The notes below the pieces were generated by a model. That model saw only the letters and a program-made list of their open reading frames with translations. It had not been told where the DNA came from and did not search any database. The position numbers and the translations under genes are program-made. Of a stretch of DNA of 64,000 nt, positions 30,733 through 40,610 are shown piece after piece. The stretch's first letter is position 1; every line of letters begins with the position of its first letter. Origin of the DNA: Opitutales bacterium (lineage in GTDB: Bacteria; Verrucomicrobiota; Verrucomicrobiia; Opitutales; UBA2987); assembly GCA_965226885.1 (NCBI GenBank), contig CBDDEL010000015.1, forward strand, positions 352,001 to 416,000, in the 5' to 3' direction.

Positions 30733-32073
30733 ATGTCTAAAAAATTCTCTTACTCCCTCTCTGCAATATTTCGCTACTCAATACTCTCTGCCTTGTTCCT
30801 GGCCTTAGCCACGTTCCTGCATGGGGCTGAATCCCCGCCAACTTTCGAACTTAAATGGGGCACTGAGGGCTCAGGCGACGGGCAGTTTAGTGCTCCAGGC
30901 GGCGTAGCAGTGGATAGTTCCGGTAATGTTTATGTGGCGGACATCCTCAACAACCGCATCCAGAAATTCGACAGCAGGGGCAACTTTCTCCTCAAGTGGG
31001 GGGCATACGGCTTCGGCGACGGGCAGTTTAGAGATCCCACCGATGTGGCAGTGGATAGTAGCGGTAACGTTTATGTGGTGGATAGAAACAACACCCGCAT
31101 CCAGAAATTTGACAGCAGCGGAAATTTCATTCTCACGTTTGGCGATTGCCCCGCCAATTCCAAATGCAACGCAGATGGGCAGTTGCATATTCCAACCGGC
31201 GTAGCGGTGGATAGTAGCGGTAATGTTTATGTGGCGGACACGAACAACCACCGCATCCAGAAATTCGACAGCAGCGGCAACTTTCTCTTCAAGTGGGGGG
31301 CATACGGTGGTGAAGGTGGTGTTACCTCCAATGGCAGCGGCGACGGGCAGTTTAGTGCTCCACAAGACGTTGCGGTGGATGGTTCCGGCAATGTTTATGT
31401 GGCGGAAAGTGGTAACAACCGCATCCAGAAATTCGATAGTAGCGGCAACTTTCTCCTCAAGTGGGGCACACCCGGCTTCGGCGACGGGCAATTCAACCAA
31501 CCAACCGGCGTTGCGGTGGATAGTTCCGGCAATGTTTATGTGGCGGATAAATACAACGACCGCATTCAGAAATTCGACAGCAACGGCAACTTTCTCTTCC
31601 CGTGGGGGACAAACGGCAGCAGCGATGGACAGTTTAGTGCTTCTCGCAGCGTGGCGGTGGATAGTTCCGGTAACGTCTATGTGGCGGATGAATTCAACGA
31701 CCGCATCCAGAAATTCTCTCAAATTACCATGGCAGACATCTTCGGTGGCGAATCCATTGCGGGCTTCCCTGGCTGGCGCGCTTCCTCATGGTTTATGAAC
31801 TACAACGTCGATTTTTGGCCGTGGATATACCACGACGAGCACGGCTGGCAGTTCCTTTTCGATGGCAGCACGGAGCAGGTTATCTACTTGTGGGATTTGG
31901 GCCTGGCAAATTGGATCTTCCTGAATGAAAGCAACTACCGTTGGCAATACCTATTCGGACCCGAACAAGGCTTTATTTTTACTTTCCCCGACAACACGCC
32001 GGACAGGCGTTTTTTTCAGAGGGGTGACGATGGGAGCCTCTTCAACGTCACGGCGGGATTACCCACTGATTGA
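30733..32073 (+). CDS. Secreted NHL-repeat (6-blade) protein with Trp-rich C-terminal module
   Basis: Signal peptide; six VAVDxSGNVYVxD/E..RIQKF repeats; C-terminal ~110 aa shared with 33814-36006. Confidence 0.92.
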   Translation: MSKKFSYSLSAIFRYSILSALFLALATFLHGAESPPTFELKWGTEGSGDGQFSAPGGVAVDSSGNVYVADILNNRIQKFDSRGNFLLKWGAYGFGDGQFRDPTDVAVDSSGNVYVVDRNNTRIQKFDSSGNFILTFGDCPANSKCNADGQLHIPTGVAVDSSGNVYVADTNNHRIQKFDSSGNFLFKWGAYGGEGGVTSNGSGDGQFSAPQDVAVDGSGNVYVAESGNNRIQKFDSSGNFLLKWGTPGFGDGQFNQPTGVAVDSSGNVYVADKYNDRIQKFDSNGNFLFPWGTNGSSDGQFSASRSVAVDSSGNVYVADEFNDRIQKFSQITMADIFGGESIAGFPGWRASSWFMNYNVDFWPWIYHDEHGWQFLFDGSTEQVIYLWDLGLANWIFLNESNYRWQYLFGPEQGFIFTFPDNTPDRRFFQRGDDGSLFNVTAGLPTD

Positions 32074-32307
32074 TTGGGCGGGGGAGGTTGAGCATCTGAG
32101 CCAGTTGCGATATACAAGTTGCGATATACATATTATTCAGGTCATCCATCCAATCTTTTATAAAAAAGGGGGGGAACCTGATTTGACACGCATCATCCAG
32201 ATTTTGTTGGATTTTACAACCCACTTCAAATAGAATAAGAATAATAAAATAATGGAGAAGAAAAAAGACAATGTATGTGGGAAATATCCCATTAATTGAT
32301 ATCGAAC

Positions 32308-33423
32308 ATGCTGCAAATCCCCAGACGAATCTCCTTGATATCCGAAACGGCCTCTATTTTGAGGGATGGGATCAATAAGGGACATTGGAAGGGAACCCTT
32401 CCGGGGGAGCGCGTCCTTTGCGACCAGTTGCACATCAGCCGTCCAACCTTGCGGGCCGCCCTTTCACTCTTGCAAAGGGAAGGAATGATTCGGGTTACTC
32501 ATGGCAAGCGGCGTAAGATTTTCCCTGTTGAAAAGATACCTGTGTTCGCCCCGATACCTGTGTTCGCCCCAAAGAGGATGATCGGATTAATTATTAACAA
32601 ACCAATATCCGAAATCTCTCACCTATCCTTCCAGGTATTGATGGAGGCACGCCATCATCTTCACTTGGGGGGATTCGAAACTGAAATCTTCATTTCGCCC
32701 ACCCAGGAATTTCGTCATCAAAGGTTGAAATTAGAAAACTTCATTAGAAAGCATTCAGTATCCTGCTGTATCCTCCTGCTCTCCTCCGAGGAACAGCAAA
32801 AATGGTTTTACCAAAAAGGCATTCCGGCTTTGGTCTTCGGTTCCAATTACCCCTCTGTCAAGTTATCCTCTCTGGACGTGGATAATTATGCGGTGTGCCG
32901 TCATGCAGCCGGTATCTTTCTAGGTCGCGGCCATCGACGGTTGGCTTTCATACGGTCCGATAATCGAATTGCCGGAGACCGTGCCAGCGCAGAAGGCTTT
33001 ATGGATGGGATCACGCAGTCCCGTCATGCCAAGGCCAAAGGGACTGTCATCCGCCACAAGGACACAAGGCGGGATCTTATTCGCCGGTTAGATGGGCTCC
33101 TTGATTCCGAGGACTTAAGACCGACGGGGATTCTTACCTCGAGACCTCTGGAAACCTTGATGGTGGTAATGCACCTGCTGAAAAGAGGCATAACTCTTCC
33201 CGAGGATATTTCATTGATCGCGCGCGACAGGGATCATTCTTTTAATTTTCTAGAGCCGAAAATCGCCCACTACGCTTACCCCAGGGATCTGTTTTCGCGC
33301 CGATTGACGCGGGTCATTCTTTCGCTCCTCGATAACGTGACGGTTTACACCAGCAGAAATCTGATCCAATCGGAATTCATTGATGGGGAGAGCCTGGGCA
33401 CTGTCGATCCCGCTCCGGATTAA
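32308..33423 (+). CDS. GntR-type wHTH / LacI-type sensor-domain transcriptional regulator
   Basis: LPGERVLCDQLHISRPTLRAAL; DVDNY..GHRRLAF, PTGIL, PEDISLI; in-frame 18-bp duplication gives IPVFAPIPVFAP. Confidence 0.88.
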   Translation: MLQIPRRISLISETASILRDGINKGHWKGTLPGERVLCDQLHISRPTLRAALSLLQREGMIRVTHGKRRKIFPVEKIPVFAPIPVFAPKRMIGLIINKPISEISHLSFQVLMEARHHLHLGGFETEIFISPTQEFRHQRLKLENFIRKHSVSCCILLLSSEEQQKWFYQKGIPALVFGSNYPSVKLSSLDVDNYAVCRHAAGIFLGRGHRRLAFIRSDNRIAGDRASAEGFMDGITQSRHAKAKGTVIRHKDTRRDLIRRLDGLLDSEDLRPTGILTSRPLETLMVVMHLLKRGITLPEDISLIARDRDHSFNFLEPKIAHYAYPRDLFSRRLTRVILSLLDNVTVYTSRNLIQSEFIDGESLGTVDPAPD

Positions 33424-33813
33424 AATCGGGACCGGTCGATCGCGGCTCCTTTTCAGGATCGACCGATCTGAAAATTAGACCGGGTTGAAGGCTGCTGCGG
33501 GGGCATAGGCCGACCCGTTCCATTCGCGCGAGAAATCTTCAGTGGTAAAAAAATCTGTCCTTTATCGTGTCATTGACGGTCCTCTTTCCGCACCCACCCT
33601 GCATAAAGAAGTGAACCACTTCACTGTCCAGGTGTTCAGGGAATCGGAAAAAGCCCAATCCTGCTCGGTAAACCGATTTGATTTGACTTGATTTGGTAAT
33701 CCAGCATGATTTGACTTGATTTGGTAATCCAGCATGATTTGACTTGGCTAAGGATGGATCAAAATTTGGACAGAAGCGAACATCAAAAAGATTGTTACTC
33801 ATCGATCGATCGA

Positions 33814-36006
33814 ATGAAATCTTACACGTCCACGACTAGTAGGTTATCCACTGATATCAGGTTGAGGGAAAATTTCGTCCTCTTCCGGAAATATCAGCGC
33901 AGGTTTGGAAAAGTCAACCGGCAACTCCAGAGGCAGCTTGAAAATGGGGCCGTTTCGCGCCTGCCACCCGGGAGTCGATGCTGCCTCCTGCGAAGATACA
34001 TTGCTCTTAAAGCTCAACTGGAGCGGCTCAAGAGGCGTCTCTTGAGAATAGCGGGGATTGCCGGCCTCAGTCTGGCCTTGGCCTCTTCCTGGTCCCACGC
34101 CGATGTATCGAGTCCGATAGACCTGTCCAGTCTGGACGGGAACAACGGTTTCATCATTAACGGCATTGACCCGATTGATCAAAGTGGCCATGCGGTGAGC
34201 AACGCCGGAGACGTAAACGGGGACGGCTTCGACGACTTGATTATAGGCGCCGGTGATGCCGGCCAGATTGGTAGAGCGAAAAATGGCGAGACTTACGTGG
34301 TGTTTGGCCGAGCGGGCGGCTTCCCATCCACCCTGGAGTTGAGCGAACTGGACGGGAGCGATGGCTTTGTCCTTATCGGCATCAGCGCAGGTGACCAATC
34401 GGGCCGTTCGGTGAGCGGCGCCGGGGATGTAAACGGGGACGGTTTCGACGACATCATCATCGGTGTCCCTGATGGCGACCCCGTCGAAATCGTTGATGGC
34501 GAACCCAAGGGAAGACTCAATGCGGGAGAATGCTACGTAGTGTTTGGTCATGATGATCCCTTCGAGGCCACTGTGCAGTTGGGCATATTGGTAGGCCCTA
34601 CTTTTGTGCCCACTCTGGACGGGAGCAATGGCTATGTCATTAATGGCATCCTCCAGGAAGACCAGGCTGGATATGCGGTGAGCGCCGCCGGGGACGTAAA
34701 CGGGGACGGCTTCGACGACCTCATTATCGGCGCCTATGATTTCGATCCCGAGGCTCGCATTAACGCCGGAGGAAGCTTCGTGGTGTTTGGTCATGGGCCC
34801 CCCTTCGAGGCGGTTCAGGAGTTGCGCGATCTGGACGGGAGCGATGGCTTTGCCATTTACGGCATCGGCGCGGGGAACCAAGTCGGACGGGCGGTGAGCG
34901 GCGCCGGGGACGTAAACGGGGACGGCTTCGACGACGTCATCATCAGCTCCTACGTCGCCAGCAATAGGCTGACGGGCGAGAGCTACGTCGTGTTTGGGAA
35001 GGCAAGCGGCCTCGGGGCAATTCTGCAGCTATCGGCCCTTAACGGGAGCAACGGTTTCGTCATAAAAGGCATCAAGGAGCGGGACAACTCCGGCCGTACC
35101 GTCAGCGGCGCCGGGGACATAAACGGGGACGGTTTCGACGATCTCATCATTGGCGCCGATCGTGGCGACCCCGTCGGTCGCACCGATGCCGGAGAAAGCT
35201 ACGTCGTGTTTGGAAAGGCAAGCGGTTTCCCGGCCAGCCTGCAGGCGTCGAGCCTGAATGGAAGCAACGGCTTTACCATCAATGGCACCGACCAGTTTGA
35301 ACAATCCGGTATTGCCGTGAGCGATGCCGGGGATGTAAACGGGGACGGCTTCGACGACCTCATCGTCGGCGCCCACATCGCCGCCCCCGGCGGTCGCGGT
35401 GAAGCGGGAAGAAGCTACGTCGTTTACGGTCATGGGGGCGGCTTCGGGGCCAACTTCGAGCTTTCCAGTCTGGATGGAACCAATGGCTTTGTCATCAACG
35501 GCATCAAGGTGCGGGACAAATCCGGTTTTGCGGTCAGTGGCGCCGGGGATGTGGACGGGGACGGTTTCGACGACCTCATCATCGGCGCCTATCAAGCCGA
35601 CCCCCACGGTACCAATGCGGCTGGACAAAGTTACGTGGTCTTCGGCGATGGCGAAGCCGTTGCAACAGATGTCTTCGGAGGGGTCGATATCGACGGGTTT
35701 CCCGGCTGGAAGGCCTCACCCTGGTATCTGAATTACAACGTCGATTTCGAGCCCTGGATTTACCACGACGAACACGGTTGGCAGTTCCTTTTCGATGGCA
35801 GCACGGAGCAGGTTATCTACTTGTGGGATTTGGGCCTGGCAAATTGGATCTTCCTGAATGAAAGCAACTACCGTTGGGAATACCTATTCGGGCCCGAGCA
35901 AGGATGGATTTTTACTTTCGCAGACAATACACCGGAAAGGCGCTTTTTCCAAAAGCTTGACGACGGCAGCATCTTCAGCGTACCACCCGGACTTCCGGTT
36001 CAATAG
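33814..36006 (+). CDS. Integrin-alpha-type FG-GAP 7-blade protein with extended leader and Trp-rich C-terminal module
   Basis: Seven AGD[VI][ND]GDGFDD..YVVFG-type repeats; long basic leader before the hydrophobic stretch IAGIAGLSLALASSWSHA. Confidence 0.9.
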   Translation: MKSYTSTTSRLSTDIRLRENFVLFRKYQRRFGKVNRQLQRQLENGAVSRLPPGSRCCLLRRYIALKAQLERLKRRLLRIAGIAGLSLALASSWSHADVSSPIDLSSLDGNNGFIINGIDPIDQSGHAVSNAGDVNGDGFDDLIIGAGDAGQIGRAKNGETYVVFGRAGGFPSTLELSELDGSDGFVLIGISAGDQSGRSVSGAGDVNGDGFDDIIIGVPDGDPVEIVDGEPKGRLNAGECYVVFGHDDPFEATVQLGILVGPTFVPTLDGSNGYVINGILQEDQAGYAVSAAGDVNGDGFDDLIIGAYDFDPEARINAGGSFVVFGHGPPFEAVQELRDLDGSDGFAIYGIGAGNQVGRAVSGAGDVNGDGFDDVIISSYVASNRLTGESYVVFGKASGLGAILQLSALNGSNGFVIKGIKERDNSGRTVSGAGDINGDGFDDLIIGADRGDPVGRTDAGESYVVFGKASGFPASLQASSLNGSNGFTINGTDQFEQSGIAVSDAGDVNGDGFDDLIVGAHIAAPGGRGEAGRSYVVYGHGGGFGANFELSSLDGTNGFVINGIKVRDKSGFAVSGAGDVDGDGFDDLIIGAYQADPHGTNAAGQSYVVFGDGEAVATDVFGGVDIDGFPGWKASPWYLNYNVDFEPWIYHDEHGWQFLFDGSTEQVIYLWDLGLANWIFLNESNYRWEYLFGPEQGWIFTFADNTPERRFFQKLDDGSIFSVPPGLPVQ

Positions 36007-36062
36007 CACAATTTTCAATCTGGTTTTCCAAGCTTTCTTTTTTTTGGTCGGGTCGGGTCGTA

Positions 36063-37184
36063 TTGAAGGCCCTTAACTGTTCTATACTCCAAAAAAACTC
36101 CAAAAAAACTTTGGACGAAATTAAAGATAATTTACCCCGGGGTCAGGAAAAGAAATTTGAAGCAGTCGCGTCTCGCCAGTTCACTTCGTGGTTGCTCGAG
36201 CAACGAGTGAGCCTGGCTTTTACGACCTACCAGACAGGCAAGTTGTTTCTCATTGGTCTCGGACAAGACGGGCGGCTCAGTATATCCGAACGTACCTTCT
36301 CCCGTTGCATGGGACTCTGCGCAGCGGACAGCAATACCCTCTACATGAGCAGTCTCTACCAGCTCTGGAGATTTGAAAACGCCATACCGCTTGGACAGAC
36401 TACCAACGGTTATGATCGCCTTTATGTGCCGCAGGTAGCTTATACTACGGCGGATCTGGACCTGCACGACATTGCTATGGATGACCGGGGCAGCCCTCTT
36501 TTCGTTAACACCCTATTTTCCTGTCTGGCGAGGCCCAGCGAAACGCACAGCTTCGTCCCAATCTGGAAGCCGAAATTCATCAGCAGATTGGCAGCGGAGG
36601 ATCGCTGCCATTTAAACGGACTGGCCATGGAGACAGGTAAACCCCGCTACGTCACCGCCGTAGCTACCACTGACGTGCACGAGGGCTGGAGGGAGCACCG
36701 CAAAGAGGGCGGGGTAGTCATCGATGTGGAGAGCGATGAAATTGTCGCCCGTGGTCTCTCCATGCCACATTCCCCGCGCCTCCACGATGGAAAGCTCTAC
36801 CTAGTCAATTCCGGCAAGGGAGAATTCGGAACATTGGACCTGCAAAGTGGAAAATTCGAGTCCATCGCTTTTTGTCCCGGCTATGCCCGCGGGATGACCC
36901 TCATCGGCAAGTTTGCCATCGTCGGCCTTTCCCAGATACGCGACAATAAGACATTTTCGGACCTTCCTCTGGATGCCGCCCTGAAGGAAAAGAAAGTCGA
37001 GGCCCGTTGCGGGCTGCAAGTGATCGATCTATGCTCAGGTGATTCTGTTCATTCCCTGAATTTCCGTGGAATCGTGAAAGAACTCTATGATGTGGTGGCC
37101 CTTCACGGGGTTTCACGACCTACCGCTCTCGGCTTTAAAACCGATGAAATTCGGCGAATCATTACGATCGGAGATGACGATTAA
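36063..37184 (+). CDS. TIGR03032/DUF4915 family protein
   Basis: SLAFTTYQTGKL, DLDLHD, VNTLFSCL, EDRCHLNGLA, GLSMPHSPR, PGYARG, ELYDV. Confidence 0.88.
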   Translation: MKALNCSILQKNSKKTLDEIKDNLPRGQEKKFEAVASRQFTSWLLEQRVSLAFTTYQTGKLFLIGLGQDGRLSISERTFSRCMGLCAADSNTLYMSSLYQLWRFENAIPLGQTTNGYDRLYVPQVAYTTADLDLHDIAMDDRGSPLFVNTLFSCLARPSETHSFVPIWKPKFISRLAAEDRCHLNGLAMETGKPRYVTAVATTDVHEGWREHRKEGGVVIDVESDEIVARGLSMPHSPRLHDGKLYLVNSGKGEFGTLDLQSGKFESIAFCPGYARGMTLIGKFAIVGLSQIRDNKTFSDLPLDAALKEKKVEARCGLQVIDLCSGDSVHSLNFRGIVKELYDVVALHGVSRPTALGFKTDEIRRIITIGDDD

Positions 37185-37300
37185 TGATTCCCTTCGTACT
37201 GGTCTAAAAACCTGTCCGTTATTCCGGACTTTACCTTTTTGTTGCGAAGAAGCGTAAAATCAGGCTGAAATTCTTAGAAGCAAAACTTCTTCCTTTTTCC

Positions 37301-38104
37301 ATGATTTCCCAGGTTATGACTGAAATATGTGACTTCAATCGCACTTACGTTCGTTGGGGGTTCGACACATTGATAAAAGCCCCCATAACGGTTTCTCACA
37401 AGCCTCCGCATACTTTTAACAAAGTGCGCGTGCCAGCTGAATGCCTGGCCGAGGCGAGGGATAGAAAAACCGGCCAGGCCACTTCGTATCTCCTCGGCGC
37501 AGCCTGCAAAACGGAACGAGTTGGAGTCGAACAGGACATCTGGACCGAACCCAATGCCGATTTCTTCCCCGTCGCTTCGGCGGAAAATATGCTAATCATT
37601 AAAAAATGGGATCGCTGCGATAAAGGAGTCATGCGCTATCCGGAAAGCCTCGGGGTTCAACCGGAGCGCCAGTTCGAGAAAACCTCGGACGCCTATACCC
37701 ATTTTGCTCGGGAAATAAACAAAGGCCCGGGTATTGTTGTGGATGATATCGAGGAAATGATAAGCATATTGGAATCGGGCCAACACATGGTATCCAGGAC
37801 CTTGATAGCAACCGAACATTATGACCTTATTCTGGAATATCCGGTAAAAACCGTTAACTGGAGCCCTCGGGAGAAATATTACCAGGTAGATACCGGCCCC
37901 GTTCTCCTTCCCGATTTGACCCTGCCGGCATCTGAAATCCACCAATCCTTCCAACTTGCCTATGTCGCGCATACGAAAAAGGATTGGGCGGAATTCCTGC
38001 TGCGCGTTCCAACTCCGGTGTCCGAGGATATACAGGTGCATCATTATTCGAAATCTGTCCGCATCGATTGTCAAAACAGCATGATCGCAGTGCAATCGGC
38101 CTAG
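37301..38104 (+). CDS. Hypothetical protein
   Basis: 267-aa ORF with protein-like composition at the head of a co-oriented gene run; no motif recognised. Confidence 0.7.
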   Translation: MISQVMTEICDFNRTYVRWGFDTLIKAPITVSHKPPHTFNKVRVPAECLAEARDRKTGQATSYLLGAACKTERVGVEQDIWTEPNADFFPVASAENMLIIKKWDRCDKGVMRYPESLGVQPERQFEKTSDAYTHFAREINKGPGIVVDDIEEMISILESGQHMVSRTLIATEHYDLILEYPVKTVNWSPREKYYQVDTGPVLLPDLTLPASEIHQSFQLAYVAHTKKDWAEFLLRVPTPVSEDIQVHHYSKSVRIDCQNSMIAVQSA

Positions 38105-38148
38105 AAAACCGGGCCTCTCGAATTCCTCACTTCAACTAAATTGAACAA

Positions 38149-38400
38149 ATGGTGAATATGACTCTTTCCGAATGGATAGGTTCGCTGGGGGTGGCATTGC
38201 TGCTGCTGGCATTTGGTTTGAATTTGTTCGGGTGGTTGACACGCGCCTCGCGTAGTTACCAAAGTCTCAATGTGCTCGGGGCGAGCCTGGCCTGCTACGC
38301 CTCCTGGAGAATCGACTTCATGCCTTTCGTTGTGCTTGAGGCCACCTGGGCAGTGGTCGCGCTGACGGCGCTGTTGCGTCCCAATCAATCCGCCGCTTAA
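38149..38400 (+). CDS. Small 3-TM membrane protein (CBU_0592-like)
   Basis: IGSLGVALLLLAF..YQSLNVLGA..PFVVLEATWA. Confidence 0.75.
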   Translation: MVNMTLSEWIGSLGVALLLLAFGLNLFGWLTRASRSYQSLNVLGASLACYASWRIDFMPFVVLEATWAVVALTALLRPNQSAA

Positions 38401-38408
38401 CCATCACC

Positions 38409-39353
38409 ATGACAGGCCCGCAATTGAGAAAGCTGATCGTCGGCGCCATCGCCACGGTACCGACGGCTTTCGACGACAATTTCGAAATCGACCATGGACT
38501 TATGGCGGCCGCCACGGAGGGTTGGATCGAAGCCGGCCTGGTCAACGGCCAATCGACACTAAAGGTTGCTGCCTCCATTGGCGAAGGGCACCTGTTGCGG
38601 GAAGAGGAATGGCCGCGCCTGCTGCAAACGGTAGTCGAAGCTGCCAGGGGCCGCGTGCCGGTCCTGGGTGCAATCCATCACAAAGACACACGCCGCACAA
38701 TTGAAGATGCCAAACGGGCTGCCGATGTGGGCGTGCCTGCTTTGCAGATATCGCCGCCCATCTTCAATCTGCCAAGCCAGGAAGACATCCTGCGTTATTA
38801 CGGCGCCGTTTCCGACGCGGTTGAAATCGGCATCATTGTTTACACAACACCCTGGCTCAATCACGGTGCCATCCACCCCCAAACACTCGCCAGGATGGTC
38901 GATTTCGAGCAGGTCGTAGCCATCAAATGGTCGCCACCGCCAGAGGCTGAATACGCCGATGTATTTAAATTGGCCGACCGATTCAACATCCTCGACAATA
39001 ACAACGACCCGATTAGTTGTCACAAACTAGGGGGGCATGGCTTTCTCATCGACGGTGTGGAGGCTTATCCGCCTTTCTATCTGATTCTTTGGGAACTGAT
39101 CTTGCAGGGCCAATATGATAATGCCCAAGCAAAGTGGAACTCCTTCGTTGAACCGTTCGGGCAGTTCTTTAGCAAGGTAGTTACGAAATCCGGCAGCGAT
39201 TCCAAGGTGGCCAAGGGAATGTCTAAAATAATGGGCCTGGACCTGGGCCCGCCCCGCCCCCCATCGGTGCCGATGGATGAGCGGGAACTTGCTGAACTGC
39301 GCTCTATGATGATTAGCTGGGGTTGGCCAGTGCCGGATATCTCTGGTCAATAA
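38409..39353 (+). CDS. Dihydrodipicolinate synthase family protein
   Basis: TVPTAFDD, ASIGEG, GRVPVL, IIVYT, VAIKWS, GPPRPP. Confidence 0.85.
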   Translation: MTGPQLRKLIVGAIATVPTAFDDNFEIDHGLMAAATEGWIEAGLVNGQSTLKVAASIGEGHLLREEEWPRLLQTVVEAARGRVPVLGAIHHKDTRRTIEDAKRAADVGVPALQISPPIFNLPSQEDILRYYGAVSDAVEIGIIVYTTPWLNHGAIHPQTLARMVDFEQVVAIKWSPPPEAEYADVFKLADRFNILDNNNDPISCHKLGGHGFLIDGVEAYPPFYLILWELILQGQYDNAQAKWNSFVEPFGQFFSKVVTKSGSDSKVAKGMSKIMGLDLGPPRPPSVPMDERELAELRSMMISWGWPVPDISGQ

Positions 39354-39376
39354 GTAAAATTAAGGAAATTAATTAA

Positions 39377-39787
39377 ATGCCGGAAAATTCCAATCTGAAT
39401 GAAGTTATCCGCAGGAGCCGGGTCGTGGTCCGCAGGGGACGTTTCGCCTACCTTAAAGCACGGGCACAAACAGACTTGGCCAATCACTTCCTCATCTCCC
39501 GGGACCAGGATGAAATCACCATTGTTACGGAGGAGGCAAATGTCGCCGGGACTTCGTTTGAAGAGGGCGTCAAATGGTTTAAACTCATTGAAGTGAGGGT
39601 TTCCCAACCATTCGTGGCAAAAGGATTTATCGCCAGTATTACTAAGGCAATCTCGGATCGGGACCTGAATGTGCTCGTGATCTCTACATTCTCCAAGGAC
39701 TATTTTCTGATCCGGGAGGAATCAATTGAAGCCGCCGTTTCAGCCTTGCAGGATCTCGGGTTTCCCCTAACCTTTGAGGAATCGTAA
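39377..39787 (+). CDS. ACT-domain protein (ACT_7/CASTOR-like)
   Basis: DEITIV..GFIASITKAIS..NVLVISTFSKDYFLI. Confidence 0.75.
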   Translation: MPENSNLNEVIRRSRVVVRRGRFAYLKARAQTDLANHFLISRDQDEITIVTEEANVAGTSFEEGVKWFKLIEVRVSQPFVAKGFIASITKAISDRDLNVLVISTFSKDYFLIREESIEAAVSALQDLGFPLTFEES

Positions 39788-39788
39788 T

Positions 39789-40589
39789 ATGGAAATCGGT
39801 TCACAACATCGAAAGCAATTCGAACAGGAAGGCTACCTGGTTGTTCGGAATCTGATCACGGGAAGTGATTTAGTCGAACTGGATCGTATGATCGATCACC
39901 TCCTGGACGGTGAGCTAAAACCTGAGACCGGCTACAAAGGCTGGAAGCCGGATCACTTTTATACGTTTTGGGAACCGGAGATGAAAGACCGCCCGGACAA
40001 ACCGCGCCGCGAACGTGTGCGCCTGATGTCGAATATGTTCCATCACCACCCGTATTTCAGGTCAATCGGCAGCCATCCGGCTATCTACGAAGTGGTATCG
40101 TCGCTTTTCCAAACCGGAGTGAAGATGTTCAGCGATACCGTGTTCATGAAATCCGCCCGCCACGGCATCGAAGCCGCCATGCACCAGGATACTTCTTTTT
40201 GGCCCAAGCTGGAACCAAATGCCATGAACTTCTGGCTCGCCATAGATCCAGCCACCATCGAAAACGGCTGTCTGCACATTATACCGGGCTCTCACACCAT
40301 AGACCTCCCGCACCACGATCATCCCGTCCAGGGAAATCTACTTCATGAGAACGAGGTGGAAATCGACAAGCTCATCCCCATCGAGATGGATCCGGGCGAC
40401 GGCATTTTTTTCAATAGCGGGTTGGTGCATAAAAGCTTTCCCAATCGGAGCGATCACAGCCGTCGCGCCTATGCAGCGGTCTATGGGGCGGAAAATCTGC
40501 GGCACCTGGAACCGTGGAAATTATCGACCATCGCCGAGGATGTCCCGGACTACAATTTCGAGCTGATCGAACCGCCTATTCGGGCATAA
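39789..40589 (+). CDS. PhyH-family Fe/2OG dioxygenase
   Basis: FEQEGYLV, MHQD, WLAIDPATIENGCL..PGSH, VHKSFPNRS..RR. Confidence 0.9.
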   Translation: MEIGSQHRKQFEQEGYLVVRNLITGSDLVELDRMIDHLLDGELKPETGYKGWKPDHFYTFWEPEMKDRPDKPRRERVRLMSNMFHHHPYFRSIGSHPAIYEVVSSLFQTGVKMFSDTVFMKSARHGIEAAMHQDTSFWPKLEPNAMNFWLAIDPATIENGCLHIIPGSHTIDLPHHDHPVQGNLLHENEVEIDKLIPIEMDPGDGIFFNSGLVHKSFPNRSDHSRRAYAAVYGAENLRHLEPWKLSTIAEDVPDYNFELIEPPIRA

Positions 40590-40610
40590 CAATAAGAACC
40601 CAAGTGACGC

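Noticed and set aside
30871..35628. Long antisense ORFs (30871-31722, 33844-34881, 35029-35628) and similar ones opposite the VCBS and SSS genes
   Set aside because: Shadow frames of GC-rich repeat-coding genes; no independent motifs
31846..35877. 99-bp identical pair or variable NHL blades as a diversity-generating retroelement TR/VR
   Set aside because: No adenine-specific mismatch pattern, both copies are coding, and there is no reverse transcriptase in the window
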